A stretch of DNA of 64,000 nucleotides from Syntrophomonadaceae bacterium. GTDB taxonomy: Bacteria > Bacillota > Syntrophomonadia > Syntrophomonadales > Syntrophomonadaceae. This document shows, in pieces, positions 37,006 to 45,688 of the stretch. A program made the position numbers and the translations under genes. The stretch spans positions 9,204-73,203 of the forward strand of contig JAQUXM010000002.1 in assembly GCA_028692415.1 (NCBI GenBank), in the 5' to 3' direction. Below the pieces are notes generated by a model that was given only the letters and a program-made list of their open reading frames with translations, ran no database searches and had not been told where the DNA came from. Every line of letters starts with the position of its first letter. Positions within the stretch are counted from its first letter, which is position 1.

Positions 37006-37040
37006 AAATCCTTAATGATTTTAATAATCCTAAAAGAGAC

Positions 37041-37072
37041 AAAAAACCGGAAATCATGAGATTCCCGGTTTG
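37041..37072 (-). terminator. Rho-independent terminator after ftsZ and the long hairpin
   Basis: Minus strand reads CCGGGAAUC-UCAU-GAUUUCCGG followed by UUUUUU. Confidence 0.65.
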
Positions 37073-37192
37073 AGGGCGATGAGCAGAGCAAATCTCTGCG
37101 TTTTTAGAAAAATCCGTTCAATCAGCGTAGCATTGTACGCCTCAATCACGGATTTTTCTCAATGCCTTGATCTTTTCTCTGCTCATCACCCT
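37073..37192 (-). ncRNA. Candidate structured RNA: 120-nt extended hairpin with a symmetric 17x17 bubble (6S-like design) in the ftsZ 3' region
   Basis: 16-bp outer stem (37073-37088/37177-37192), with one C.A that becomes G.U on the minus strand. Then a 17x17 nt bubble, a perfect 12-bp stem (37106-37117/37148-37159), a 7x7 loop, and a 5-bp stem capped by a 6-nt loop. A terminator follows. Confidence 0.3.
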
Positions 37193-37224
37193 GGTAATAT
37201 GTCAACTATATAGTTTACTATTGT

Positions 37225-38286
37225 TTATTTTCGCCGAAGAAAAGGTGGGATTTCCAAATCATTTTTATCAAGAAACGTTGGAGGTGCTTCAATACCTTTT
37301 ATTTTAGCGGCTTCCGCAACTTGGCTTTTAGGTGTGTTAAAACCAGTAGCAATTACGGTTACTCTTACCTCATCCTGCAGACTCTCATCAATATTGGCAC
37401 CAAATATAATATTGGCTTCTTCATCGGCTGCCTGGTGAATGATCTCGGCTGCCTCATTGATTTCAAACAAGGTAAGATCACTGCCTCCGGCAATATTGAA
37501 CAATACTCCTTTAGCACCCTCAATTGAGGTTTCCAAAAGTGGACTGGATATTGCCAGCCGCGCAGCTTCAGCGGCACGTTTTTCCCCGCTGGCTTTGCCT
37601 ATCCCCATTAATGCGGAACCAGTATTCTGCATAACCGTCTGGACATCTGCAAAGTCACAATTGATAACTCCGGGTACCGCAATTAAATCAGAAATCCCCT
37701 GCACCCCCTGGCGAAGGATATCATCAGCTATTCTGAAGGCATCGTTGAAAGCAGTATGTTTATCAACAACTTGCAGCAAACGGTCATTGGGGATGGTAAT
37801 TAGACTATCCACCGCTTCTCGCAAAGCCTGCGTTCCTCGTTCCGCCTGCATATTCCGCTTTCGGCCCTCAAAAGTAAAGGGTTTGGTTACCACCCCCACC
37901 GTAAGTGCGCCTAGATCTTTAGCTATTTTAGCAATAACCGGAGCTCCGCCGGTACCGGTTCCGCCTCCCATACCTGCGGTTACAAACACCATATCTGAAC
38001 CTTGGAGGGCCTTTTTGACCTCATCAGCATTCTCCTCGGTTGCTCTCATTCCTACTTCCGGATCTGCACCGGCTCCCAAACCTTTAGTCAATTTTTCCCC
38101 TACTTGTATCTTCTTTTCCGCCTTGGAAAGATATAATGCCTGGGCATCTGTATTGACAGAAATAAACTCAACACCTTTAAGCCCAGCTTCAATCATCCGG
38201 TTTATGGCGTTATTGCCCCCGCCCCCGACACCAATTACCTTAATATTAGCAAACTGCTGCTCGTCCACATCAAAATCCAACGGCAT
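37225..38286 (-). CDS. ftsZ: Cell division GTPase FtsZ
   Basis: Tubulin signature [15 protein letters not shown]. 353 aa. Confidence 0.98.
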   Translation of the reverse strand: MPLDFDVDEQQFANIKVIGVGGGGNNAINRMIEAGLKGVEFISVNTDAQALYLSKAEKKIQVGEKLTKGLGAGADPEVGMRATEENADEVKKALQGSDMVFVTAGMGGGTGTGGAPVIAKIAKDLGALTVGVVTKPFTFEGRKRNMQAERGTQALREAVDSLITIPNDRLLQVVDKHTAFNDAFRIADDILRQGVQGISDLIAVPGVINCDFADVQTVMQNTGSALMGIGKASGEKRAAEAARLAISSPLLETSIEGAKGVLFNIAGGSDLTLFEINEAAEIIHQAADEEANIIFGANIDESLQDEVRVTVIATGFNTPKSQVAEAAKIKGIEAPPTFLDKNDLEIPPFLRRK

Positions 38287-38304
38287 TTACAAACCTCCTC
38301 CACC

Positions 38305-39573
38305 TTATCTGAATAAATCCTTCCACCAGTAAGCAAGCTTATCGAATAAACCTGAAAAACCTCGTCTTTTACCACTGCTTATGTTTAAATAATTTGCGGC
38401 ATAAATCAAACCTCCCAGAATGGCAGCGTTCTGGGGTTTGTTATAATCAAGTTGGATTCCTCTAAGATTTTCCGGTATACCTATACGCACCGGGATGTTC
38501 ATATAATCCTCCATAACCCGCGCTATACCGGTTAGTTCTGCTTCACCGCCACTAAGTACTATTCCCCCTGGTATTCTTTCCTGACAGGCAAAGTTCTTGA
38601 GTTCAGTATATATCATCTCTATTATCTCGGCTACCCTTGCTGAAATAATATCGGCTACCACCTGTTGTGAAACTTTTTTGCTATCTTTACCCTGAATATT
38701 CTTAACATCTATAAAAACATCATGGCTGGCCATATCCGGACTGGCAACTCCATGCTTCTCCTTAATCCGGGCTGCTTCTTCCACCGAAGTCCGTAAAACA
38801 ATGGCCAGATCCTTGGTGATATATTCTCCTCCCACCGGCAAGACGGAAGTAAAAAGAAGACTTCCAGCTTCGAAACAGCTGATTTCAATAGTACCTCCAC
38901 CTATATCAACCAGTACGACCCCCATTTCTTTTTCCGTGGTAAGAAGAACGGATTCAGCAACTAATAACGGATTATAAACAATCTTATTAATCTGCAGGTT
39001 AATACGCTGGGTACTTCTTTGCATATTCTGAATGGCCGCGGTTGCTGCAACAATCAGTGCAACTTCTAACTCCAACCTGCTTCCTACCATGCCTACCGGG
39101 TCCTTGACCCCATCATAGCCATCGACGATATATTGTCGTTCAACGGCCTGTACTATAGTTTTATCGGGAGGCAAGGCAACATTGCAGGCAGACTGAAGTA
39201 CTCTTTCCTTATCTTCCTGGGTTATTTCATAATTTGAGTTTCCAACTGCAACGACTGCATGATTGTTTATAGCATAAACACTACCCCCGGAAAAACCTAC
39301 CAGAGCACTGCTTACTTCAACCCCGGTTAATCTTTCCAAGTCGTTAAGACAATTTTCTATAGAACGGGAGGTGCTTTCAATATCTACTATGTTTCCTTTA
39401 CGCAATCCCCGAGAAGGTGCCCCGGTTATCCCAAGAATATTTATATCGCGACTGTAGCCAATCTCCGCCATAGCAGCTTTAACCCGGTTAGTACCCACAT
39501 CTAATGCTACTACAATGTTTCTTTTGTTAATCGCAACGCACCCCTTAGAAGAACTCATACATTTAAATACCAC
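38305..39573 (-). CDS. ftsA: Cell division protein FtsA (start uncertain)
   Basis: Actin-like ATPase motifs (VVALDVGTNRVKA, VDIGGGTIEIS). Immediately upstream of ftsZ. Confidence 0.93.
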   Translation of the reverse strand: MVFKCMSSSKGCVAINKRNIVVALDVGTNRVKAAMAEIGYSRDINILGITGAPSRGLRKGNIVDIESTSRSIENCLNDLERLTGVEVSSALVGFSGGSVYAINNHAVVAVGNSNYEITQEDKERVLQSACNVALPPDKTIVQAVERQYIVDGYDGVKDPVGMVGSRLELEVALIVAATAAIQNMQRSTQRINLQINKIVYNPLLVAESVLLTTEKEMGVVLVDIGGGTIEISCFEAGSLLFTSVLPVGGEYITKDLAIVLRTSVEEAARIKEKHGVASPDMASHDVFIDVKNIQGKDSKKVSQQVVADIISARVAEIIEMIYTELKNFACQERIPGGIVLSGGEAELTGIARVMEDYMNIPVRIGIPENLRGIQLDYNKPQNAAILGGLIYAANYLNISSGKRRGFSGLFDKLAYWWKDLFR

Positions 39574-39611
39574 AAAGATACTTATTTTCCTTTTTATTTA
39601 ACAGGTTTTGT

Positions 39612-39947
39612 TTAGTATTTTTTCAGGAGATATCGACGTATAATTCCTAAATTTTGGAAAATACGAACTCCAAAAACCACCACCGCCGCCAAATAGAGTT
39701 GAATTCCCAGCCTGTCCCCTAGATAGGCCAGGGCTGCGGCCAAAATTGTATTGACTATAAACCCACTAATAAAGATAGTGGTATCAAAGTTATCTTCCAT
39801 ATAAGCTCGAATACCGCCAAATACCGCATCCAAAGCAGCAATTACGGCAATCGACATATACTTGGCATATACCAGAGTTAAAAAAACTGGCATCTGCATC
39901 CCTATAAAAAGTCCAATCAATAAACAGAAGAGAACCAGTATCCACAT
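39612..39947 (-). CDS. sbp: Small basic membrane protein Sbp (DUF1290-like)
   Basis: 111-aa protein with 3-4 TM helices and a basic tail (RRYLLKKY), located between the DUF881 gene and ftsA as in B. subtilis. Confidence 0.7.
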   Translation of the reverse strand: MWILVLFCLLIGLFIGMQMPVFLTLVYAKYMSIAVIAALDAVFGGIRAYMEDNFDTTIFISGFIVNTILAAALAYLGDRLGIQLYLAAVVVFGVRIFQNLGIIRRYLLKKY

Positions 39948-39951
39948 AGAT

Positions 39952-40686
39952 TTATTCCGCCTTTTCCTTGTATTTCATAGGAACCGCATAAGTAAAGTTC
40001 ATCGCTCCGCTGTAGGCTGGGATATCCAATTTTTCTGCTTTCTCAATGCTCGCTTGAATTCCATAGACCTGGAGTGTCCCCATATATCCACCCTTGATTA
40101 GCATGCCGCTTTCCAAAGTATCAGGATTTCCGATCGCCTGTATTACAAAAGGAGGCCCAATTTTGTTCCAATTAACCAGGATCAGAGTACCGGCACATCT
40201 TATCTCGGAACGGGCGGTAATACGTTCCCCATTAACGGAAATGACTTCCGCACCGGAAGCTTTAAGTTCATTCACCAGCGTTAAAAGATCATAATCATGA
40301 ACAATGGATGTATTAGGATTTTCCCCGTTTTGCAGTTCCCCGGCACTGTCAGTTAAAGTGATAATTACTCCCGGGCCCTGAACCGGTACCAATCCCGCAC
40401 TCAAATTAGCCTTTTGGATATCCGCCTCTAAATCGGCCATCGCCGGATCATTCTGACGGGCATTTTTCAGTTTTTCGCGCAAAGACAATACTTCTTCAAC
40501 CAATGCATCTCGTTCTTGACTTACGATGCTTAGCTCTTGGGTCAGATCTTCGACTCGGGCGGGAACCAGATTGGCCTGGTAACTTTCCGTAGTCTTGAAT
40601 TGAACCGCCAGCATTATTCCTAAAATAAGGCATACCGCCGCTATTGCAAACTGGGCTCCTTTACTGCGCAAAGCATCCACCTTCAA
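39952..40686 (-). CDS. DUF881 (YlxW/YlxX-like) division-associated membrane protein
   Basis: 244 aa with an N-terminal TM helix and a coiled coil. Conserved position between divIB and sbp. Confidence 0.65.
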   Translation of the reverse strand: MKVDALRSKGAQFAIAAVCLILGIMLAVQFKTTESYQANLVPARVEDLTQELSIVSQERDALVEEVLSLREKLKNARQNDPAMADLEADIQKANLSAGLVPVQGPGVIITLTDSAGELQNGENPNTSIVHDYDLLTLVNELKASGAEVISVNGERITARSEIRCAGTLILVNWNKIGPPFVIQAIGNPDTLESGMLIKGGYMGTLQVYGIQASIEKAEKLDIPAYSGAMNFTYAVPMKYKEKAE

Positions 40687-40692
40687 TTCTTA

Positions 40693-41433
40693 TTATGATC
40701 GGGTCTTAACCACCGGTTGCCCTTTGAATCGCAAATCAACATATTCCAGTTCTTCAACCCCGGCTTTCTGCAGGTCATCTTCCATTATGAATATTTGATT
40801 AAAAAATTCGGCCTTTTCAGCTAATCTTTCCATTTTACCAAATTTCACCTGGGTTCCCCGTGCTGTATAAATAACTATTTCTTTATTATTGCTAATATAA
40901 TGAAAGTCGGATATTTTTTTCCGATTTTCCGGGGATAAGGCCTCCCATACCTGTCTGATCTTTCCAATACCCTCGGCATGGACTGCCTGTCCAATATTAA
41001 CCCGTTCCGGCAGAGTATCTAAAGTTATTATTAGATAGCTGGCAAATGAAAAACTATTGATCTTATCAATACAGATTCCTTCATTATCAATACACAAAAA
41101 CATATCCTGGTATGGCACCAGTGCCCATATCTTTCTTTCCTCCACCTGCATTTCAACCGTTCGGGGCAGATGTCTGATCACCTTGGCACTTTTTATCAAA
41201 GGATGAATTTCCACCGTCCGGCACATAAATTGCTCATCTATTCTAAAAATATTCACTCCCGTTTTAAGTTCGGAAAGCTTTAATACTTCCTCCTTAGTTA
41301 GTTTTTCCAGGCCAGTAATAGTGATTTTATCAATTTCAAAAAATGCGCTGTGCATAAACAAGAAAACCGAGATAAAAAAAATGAGAATTAATATGGCAAA
41401 TTGAAAAATCTTAGATCGTAGTTTCTTACTCAC
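40693..41433 (-). CDS. divIB: Cell division protein DivIB/FtsQ
   Basis: 246 aa with a single TM helix and a POTRA-like domain (IDKITITGLEKLTKEEVL). GTG start with an SD sequence. Confidence 0.8.
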   Translation of the reverse strand: MSKKLRSKIFQFAILILIFFISVFLFMHSAFFEIDKITITGLEKLTKEEVLKLSELKTGVNIFRIDEQFMCRTVEIHPLIKSAKVIRHLPRTVEMQVEERKIWALVPYQDMFLCIDNEGICIDKINSFSFASYLIITLDTLPERVNIGQAVHAEGIGKIRQVWEALSPENRKKISDFHYISNNKEIVIYTARGTQVKFGKMERLAEKAEFFNQIFIMEDDLQKAGVEELEYVDLRFKGQPVVKTRS

Positions 41434-41466
41434 TTTATTTCTCCAATCCCCATAATTACTGTGAAG

Positions 41467-41475
41467 ATTATAACA
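41467..41475 (-). promoter_or_regulatory. Extended -10 promoter element (TGTTATAAT) upstream of divIB
   Basis: Minus strand TGtTATAAT lies ~35 nt upstream of the divIB GTG, downstream of the murA hairpin. The -35 is weak. Confidence 0.35.
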
Positions 41476-41515
41476 AATATTTTACACAAAATCATTATCA
41501 TCTCATGTATATAAA

Positions 41516-41549
41516 GAACTAACGGAAGCTTATCATCCTCCGTTAGTTC
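41516..41549 (-). terminator. Terminator-like hairpin after murA
   Basis: Perfect 11-bp stem gaactaacgga/tccgttagttc with a 12-nt loop. Followed on the minus strand only by UUUAUAUA, a weak U-tract. Confidence 0.4.
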
Positions 41550-41713
41550 CATATGTCCGACTTCATATCCAGATAAAGGAAGCATGCATAAGGAATATTG
41601 AATAAGAAAACCTGCTCCCTCCTGCCATTTCTCCAAGTTGCAATAGTCCCATAATACACATTGCTTCTGATCCTCAAAGCTACCTCTAACTTTTCACATT
41701 AAATTATATTAAA

Positions 41714-42976
41714 CTAAGTTTGCCAGGTATGATCCAAGTAAATATCTGCTCCTAATCCCCTTAATTTGTGATGGATTTTTTCATATCCCCGGTTGATATG
41801 CTCTGTTCTACTGATTCTGGTTTCTCCTTCGGCAAACAAAGCCGCTAGAATTAGAGCAGCTCCTGCCCGCAAGTCAGTAGCTTCTACACTGGTACCCTCC
41901 AGGCTGCTTCTGCCTTTGATAATCGCAATCTTACCTTCGGTTTTAATATCGGCTCCCATGCGCCTGAGTTCCTGGACATGCATGAAGCGGTTTTCAAATA
42001 TGGTTTCGACAATTATGCTGGTACCTTGTACCGTAGATAATAAGGCCATCATTTGTGCCTGCATGTCAGTAGGAAAACCCGGATAAGGCATGGTTTTTAT
42101 ATCAGTGGAACGATATTGGTGGTTGCCGATAACTCGAATTCCGGTACTGCAGGGTAATATTTCCAAACCAATTTCTTTAAGTTTAGCAATCAAGGGTTGG
42201 ATATGCTCCATTACAACATTCTCAATATAAACATCACCACGGCTGATAGCTGCTGCCGCCATGAAGGTTCCGGCCTCAATACGATCCGGTATTACCCCGT
42301 GTTCAACCCCTCCTAGGCATTCCACCCCTTCTATACATATGGTATCCAGACCGGCACCCCGTATTTTAGCACCCATACGATTCAAAAAATTCTGTAAATC
42401 TACAATTTCCGGTTCACGGGCGGCATTTCGAATAATTGTAACTCCCGGAGTCAGGGCAGCGGCCATTATAATATTCTCAGTTGCACCTACACTAGGGAAA
42501 TCGAGTAGTATCTCTTTACCGTTTATTGAATGACCGTTACCTTCCATGAATCCATATTCTTCAACTAGTTCATACCCTAAATTACGAAAACCTTTCAAAT
42601 GGAGATCCATCGGTCTAATTCCGATTGCACATCCTCCCGGATAGGCTACCCGGGCATGTTTAAAGCGGCCTAACAAAGCTCCCATTACCAGGTTGGATGC
42701 GCGCATCTTACGCGAAATATGCTCGGGTAGCTCATACGCTCCAACATTCCTTGAATCAATAATTAAAGTATCAGCTTCTCTTTTCACTCTGGCCCCAAGA
42801 ATTCGCAAGGCATCCGACATTACATTAATATCTTCCAACTCAGGAACGCCAGACAAAACAACCTCTCCCGATGACATCAGGCTAGCTGCCATGATTGGAA
42901 GAGCAGCATTTTTTGAACCACTTATTTTGACCTGCCCTTTTAGTGGTCTTCCGCCCTTAAGCGTTAGGCTGTTCAA
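41714..42976 (-). CDS. murA: UDP-N-acetylglucosamine 1-carboxyvinyltransferase MurA
   Basis: 420 aa. N-terminus KISGSKNAALPIMAASL and active-site Cys context YPGGCAIGIRPMDLHLKG. Confidence 0.93.
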   Translation of the reverse strand: MNSLTLKGGRPLKGQVKISGSKNAALPIMAASLMSSGEVVLSGVPELEDINVMSDALRILGARVKREADTLIIDSRNVGAYELPEHISRKMRASNLVMGALLGRFKHARVAYPGGCAIGIRPMDLHLKGFRNLGYELVEEYGFMEGNGHSINGKEILLDFPSVGATENIIMAAALTPGVTIIRNAAREPEIVDLQNFLNRMGAKIRGAGLDTICIEGVECLGGVEHGVIPDRIEAGTFMAAAAISRGDVYIENVVMEHIQPLIAKLKEIGLEILPCSTGIRVIGNHQYRSTDIKTMPYPGFPTDMQAQMMALLSTVQGTSIIVETIFENRFMHVQELRRMGADIKTEGKIAIIKGRSSLEGTSVEATDLRAGAALILAALFAEGETRISRTEHINRGYEKIHHKLRGLGADIYLDHTWQT

Positions 42977-42994
42977 ATAAACACCTCCACCTAG

Positions 42995-44383
42995 TTATAA
43001 GTTCAGGACAGATTCGTCGATATTATTTAACAAGTTAACACCCAGCTTCCATATATCTCCGGCTCCCATGGTTATAATCAAATCTTCTTGCTGGCAATTT
43101 TTTAGTAAATAGCCCTCTATTGCTTCCCAGGAAGGCATATACATAGCCCTACAGCCTGCAGCGCAAGCAGCTTCATATACGGTTTCACCACTTATTCCAG
43201 GAATAATCTGCTCACCTGCTGAATATACATCAGTAAAAATAACTTTATCAACTTTAACAAAAGCCTCACCCAGTTGTTTGCCCAGAATACTGGTACGTGA
43301 ATAGCGGTGGGGTTGAAAAACCACGATTACCCGGCCTTTATGAAAGGCTCGGGCAGCTTCGATGGTCGCTTGTATTTCAGTAGGATGGTGCGCATAATCA
43401 TCCACTACGGTAATATTTGCTTTGCTGCCAATAACCTGAAAACGCCGCCGGGCACCAGAAAACTTTTTTAAAGCGCTTTTTATATCGTCTATGCCTATAC
43501 CGGCCTCAACTGCAATAATAATTGACGCCAAAGCATTTAAAGCATTATGTTTACCCGGCACTGATAACTCGATATCACCCAAATATTCTCTTTGACGATA
43601 AACTTTAAAGTGCGAGCCCATACCATCAGGTGTCCAGTCTTGCAGGAAATAGTCAAAGGATTGGTCTTCGCCATATAGAATCGATTGGCGAGGAATCTTC
43701 TGCTTTAACCGGAGGTTGCATTTATCACCTCCATAAAGCACAGCAAAACCCTGGGAATCCACTTGTTTAAGAAATTGCTCAAAAGCATTTTTTATATTAT
43801 CAAACGACTTATAAAAATCCAGGTGATCATCCTCAATGTTGGTTACTACGGCAATGTAGGGCTTAATTTCCAAGAATGATGCGTCGCTCTCATCAGCCTC
43901 AGCAATAAAAAACTCACCTGAGCCCGATTTGGCATTAAGATCACTGCCCTGCAATTCCCCACCAACTATAAAGCTGGGATCCAGCCCACAATCAGCCAGG
44001 ATCGTGTAAATCATGGATGTAGTGGTTGTTTTTCCATGGGCACCGGCAATTGCTATCCCCTTCTTGGTGTTAACCAGATTAGCCAGCATCTGTCCTCTTT
44101 TCAATACCGGAATATTCCTTTCCTTGGCCAGCTTTACCTCAACATTATCTTGAGGAATTGCCGAGGAAATGACTAGCAGATCAACCCCTTCCCCAAGGTT
44201 GGATGAAGAATGCCCCTGATATACTTTTATTCCTAAGTCTTTGAACTTTGCAGCAATACTATTGGCCTGGAGGTCTGAGCCCGTAATCTTTAATCCTTGT
44301 TCAGCAAGAACCTTGGCTAAACCGCTCATTCCCGCTCCAGCTATTCCCACCATATGAATCCACTGTTCTGATTTGGAGGACAT
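42995..44383 (-). CDS. murC: UDP-N-acetylmuramate--L-alanine ligase MurC (the track ORF extends to 44434)
   Basis: Contains IHMVGIAGAGMSGLA and the Mur-ligase P-loop GAHGKTTTTSM. An SD sequence precedes the ATG at 44383. Confidence 0.93.
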   Translation of the reverse strand: MSSKSEQWIHMVGIAGAGMSGLAKVLAEQGLKITGSDLQANSIAAKFKDLGIKVYQGHSSSNLGEGVDLLVISSAIPQDNVEVKLAKERNIPVLKRGQMLANLVNTKKGIAIAGAHGKTTTTSMIYTILADCGLDPSFIVGGELQGSDLNAKSGSGEFFIAEADESDASFLEIKPYIAVVTNIEDDHLDFYKSFDNIKNAFEQFLKQVDSQGFAVLYGGDKCNLRLKQKIPRQSILYGEDQSFDYFLQDWTPDGMGSHFKVYRQREYLGDIELSVPGKHNALNALASIIIAVEAGIGIDDIKSALKKFSGARRRFQVIGSKANITVVDDYAHHPTEIQATIEAARAFHKGRVIVVFQPHRYSRTSILGKQLGEAFVKVDKVIFTDVYSAGEQIIPGISGETVYEAACAAGCRAMYMPSWEAIEGYLLKNCQQEDLIITMGAGDIWKLGVNLLNNIDESVLNL

Positions 44384-44503
44384 TTCCTCATCTCCTTCTC
44401 CTATCTCTAAGCGATTACATTGTATAGTATGCATAATTAATAAAAGTGGTTACATTGTAAATCCTCTTGAAATATTGCTTTTCTAAATAGAGTGGCTGCA
44501 ATC

Positions 44504-45598
44504 TCATCCATCCAGTATTAGATCCAGAATATCCTTGAGGGCATTAGGGCGGGCTTCTTTCTGTATATTCTTGCTCATATCAGCCAGATGCTGCTGGTTG
44601 GTTCGAAATTGTTCAATCCTCTTATACAAAGTATCCCCATCCAGGAACTCATCAATAATAATATCAGCACTATTTTTTCCCACCAAAGCCCGGGCATTTT
44701 TCTCCTGGTGGTTTTCCGCTGCATAAGGATACGGGATCAAAATAGCTGGCAAGCCCATAATGGCAAGCTCGCACAGCGTACTGGCGCCGGCCCGGCACAC
44801 GGCAAGATCGGCAACTGCCAAAGCATTTTGCATTTCATTCAGGTATGGATATAAAGAAAGGCCTATTTTGTTGCCGGGTTTAAGGCTCTTTTCGATTTCC
44901 TTTTTACAATCCTCATAATTGGCTTCTCCAGTGATCCAGATTACCTGTATATCATCATCCTGATATCTCTCTACTACTTCCAGCATTGCCCGGTTAATGC
45001 TCAAAGCTCCCCGGCTTCCCCCAAAAGCCAGCAAAGTAAACTTGCCCGCCCTTAGATTCAATTTGCGTAAGGAATCCTGCCGGTTAACGACCATGAACTC
45101 CTGACGAACCGGCAAGCCGGTAAGCTTAATATTATTAATATTCATCCCTTGAGCGGCTTCTTCAAAGGTTAAAAGCGTATAATTTACTCGTTTGGCGAGA
45201 TTTCGATTTGCCAACCCCAATACGGCGTTTTGTTCATGGATAATTGTTTTACAAGCAAAAAAAGTACCCGCTAAAACCACGGGAAAAGAGGCATACCCTC
45301 CTGTTCCCACAATAATATCGGGCTGAAAATTCTTAATAATATCCCAGGCTTGAAAAAAACTACGCGGGAATTTCACCAGGGATTGGGAAGCTTTTAACAT
45401 TGAAGAACGATCTATGCCACTCACATTAACGGGTTTATAGTTCAGTCCTGCTCTGGGGACAATAGCACTTTCCATACCTGATTCACTGCCGACATATAGA
45501 ATTTCTATCCCGGGGAGCCGTTGTTCTAAGCCCTGTGCAATAGCTAACGCAGGGTAAATGTGCCCTCCAGTTCCCCCGCCGCTAATAATTACTTTCAA
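44504..45598 (-). CDS. murG: Lipid II glycosyltransferase MurG (the track ORF extends to 45673 across a repeat)
   Basis: Contains [20 protein letters not shown] lies 9 nt before the TTG at 45598. Confidence 0.92.
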   Translation of the reverse strand: MKVIISGGGTGGHIYPALAIAQGLEQRLPGIEILYVGSESGMESAIVPRAGLNYKPVNVSGIDRSSMLKASQSLVKFPRSFFQAWDIIKNFQPDIIVGTGGYASFPVVLAGTFFACKTIIHEQNAVLGLANRNLAKRVNYTLLTFEEAAQGMNINNIKLTGLPVRQEFMVVNRQDSLRKLNLRAGKFTLLAFGGSRGALSINRAMLEVVERYQDDDIQVIWITGEANYEDCKKEIEKSLKPGNKIGLSLYPYLNEMQNALAVADLAVCRAGASTLCELAIMGLPAILIPYPYAAENHQEKNARALVGKNSADIIIDEFLDGDTLYKRIEQFRTNQQHLADMSKNIQKEARPNALKDILDLILDG

Positions 45599-45619
45599 TA
45601 CTGATTGCCTCCTTTTTGT

Positions 45620-45680
45620 AAGGAGTAAGGGGTGAAGGGTAAGAAGTTCTACCCCTTGCTCCTCACCCCTCACGCCTCAC
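45620..45680 (-). repeat. SD-like heptad motif plus complementary C-rich arm, 8 nt after the ftsW stop codon
   Basis: Sense strand reads GUGAGGCGUGAGGGGUGAGGAG, then CAAGGGGUAGAACUUCUUACCCUUCACCCCUUACUCC. Two alternative 10-12-bp pairings are possible. Confidence 0.7.
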
Positions 45681-45688
45681 AATTCTGA

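Noticed and set aside
37439-38332. 297-aa plus-strand ORF, the largest plus-strand ORF in the track
   Set aside because: It is entirely antisense to the unmistakable ftsZ gene. The sequence is low-complexity (rich in Ser, Ala and Pro), has no SD sequence, and mirrors ftsZ codon structure.
41430-41636. 68-aa minus-strand ORF in the murA-divIB spacer
   Set aside because: It has no SD sequence. It spans the murA terminator-like hairpin and the extended -10 promoter of divIB, and overlaps the divIB start. The composition looks non-coding.
45599-45673. N-terminal extensions in track ORFs: murG ([11 protein letters not shown]...), murC, paaK, hslV, fliP, fliK, dprA and the methyltransferase
   Set aside because: The track takes the most upstream ATG, GTG or TTG. 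In each case a downstream start has a proper SD sequence and matches the family's usual N-terminus. The murG extension is simply a translation of the heptad repeat.
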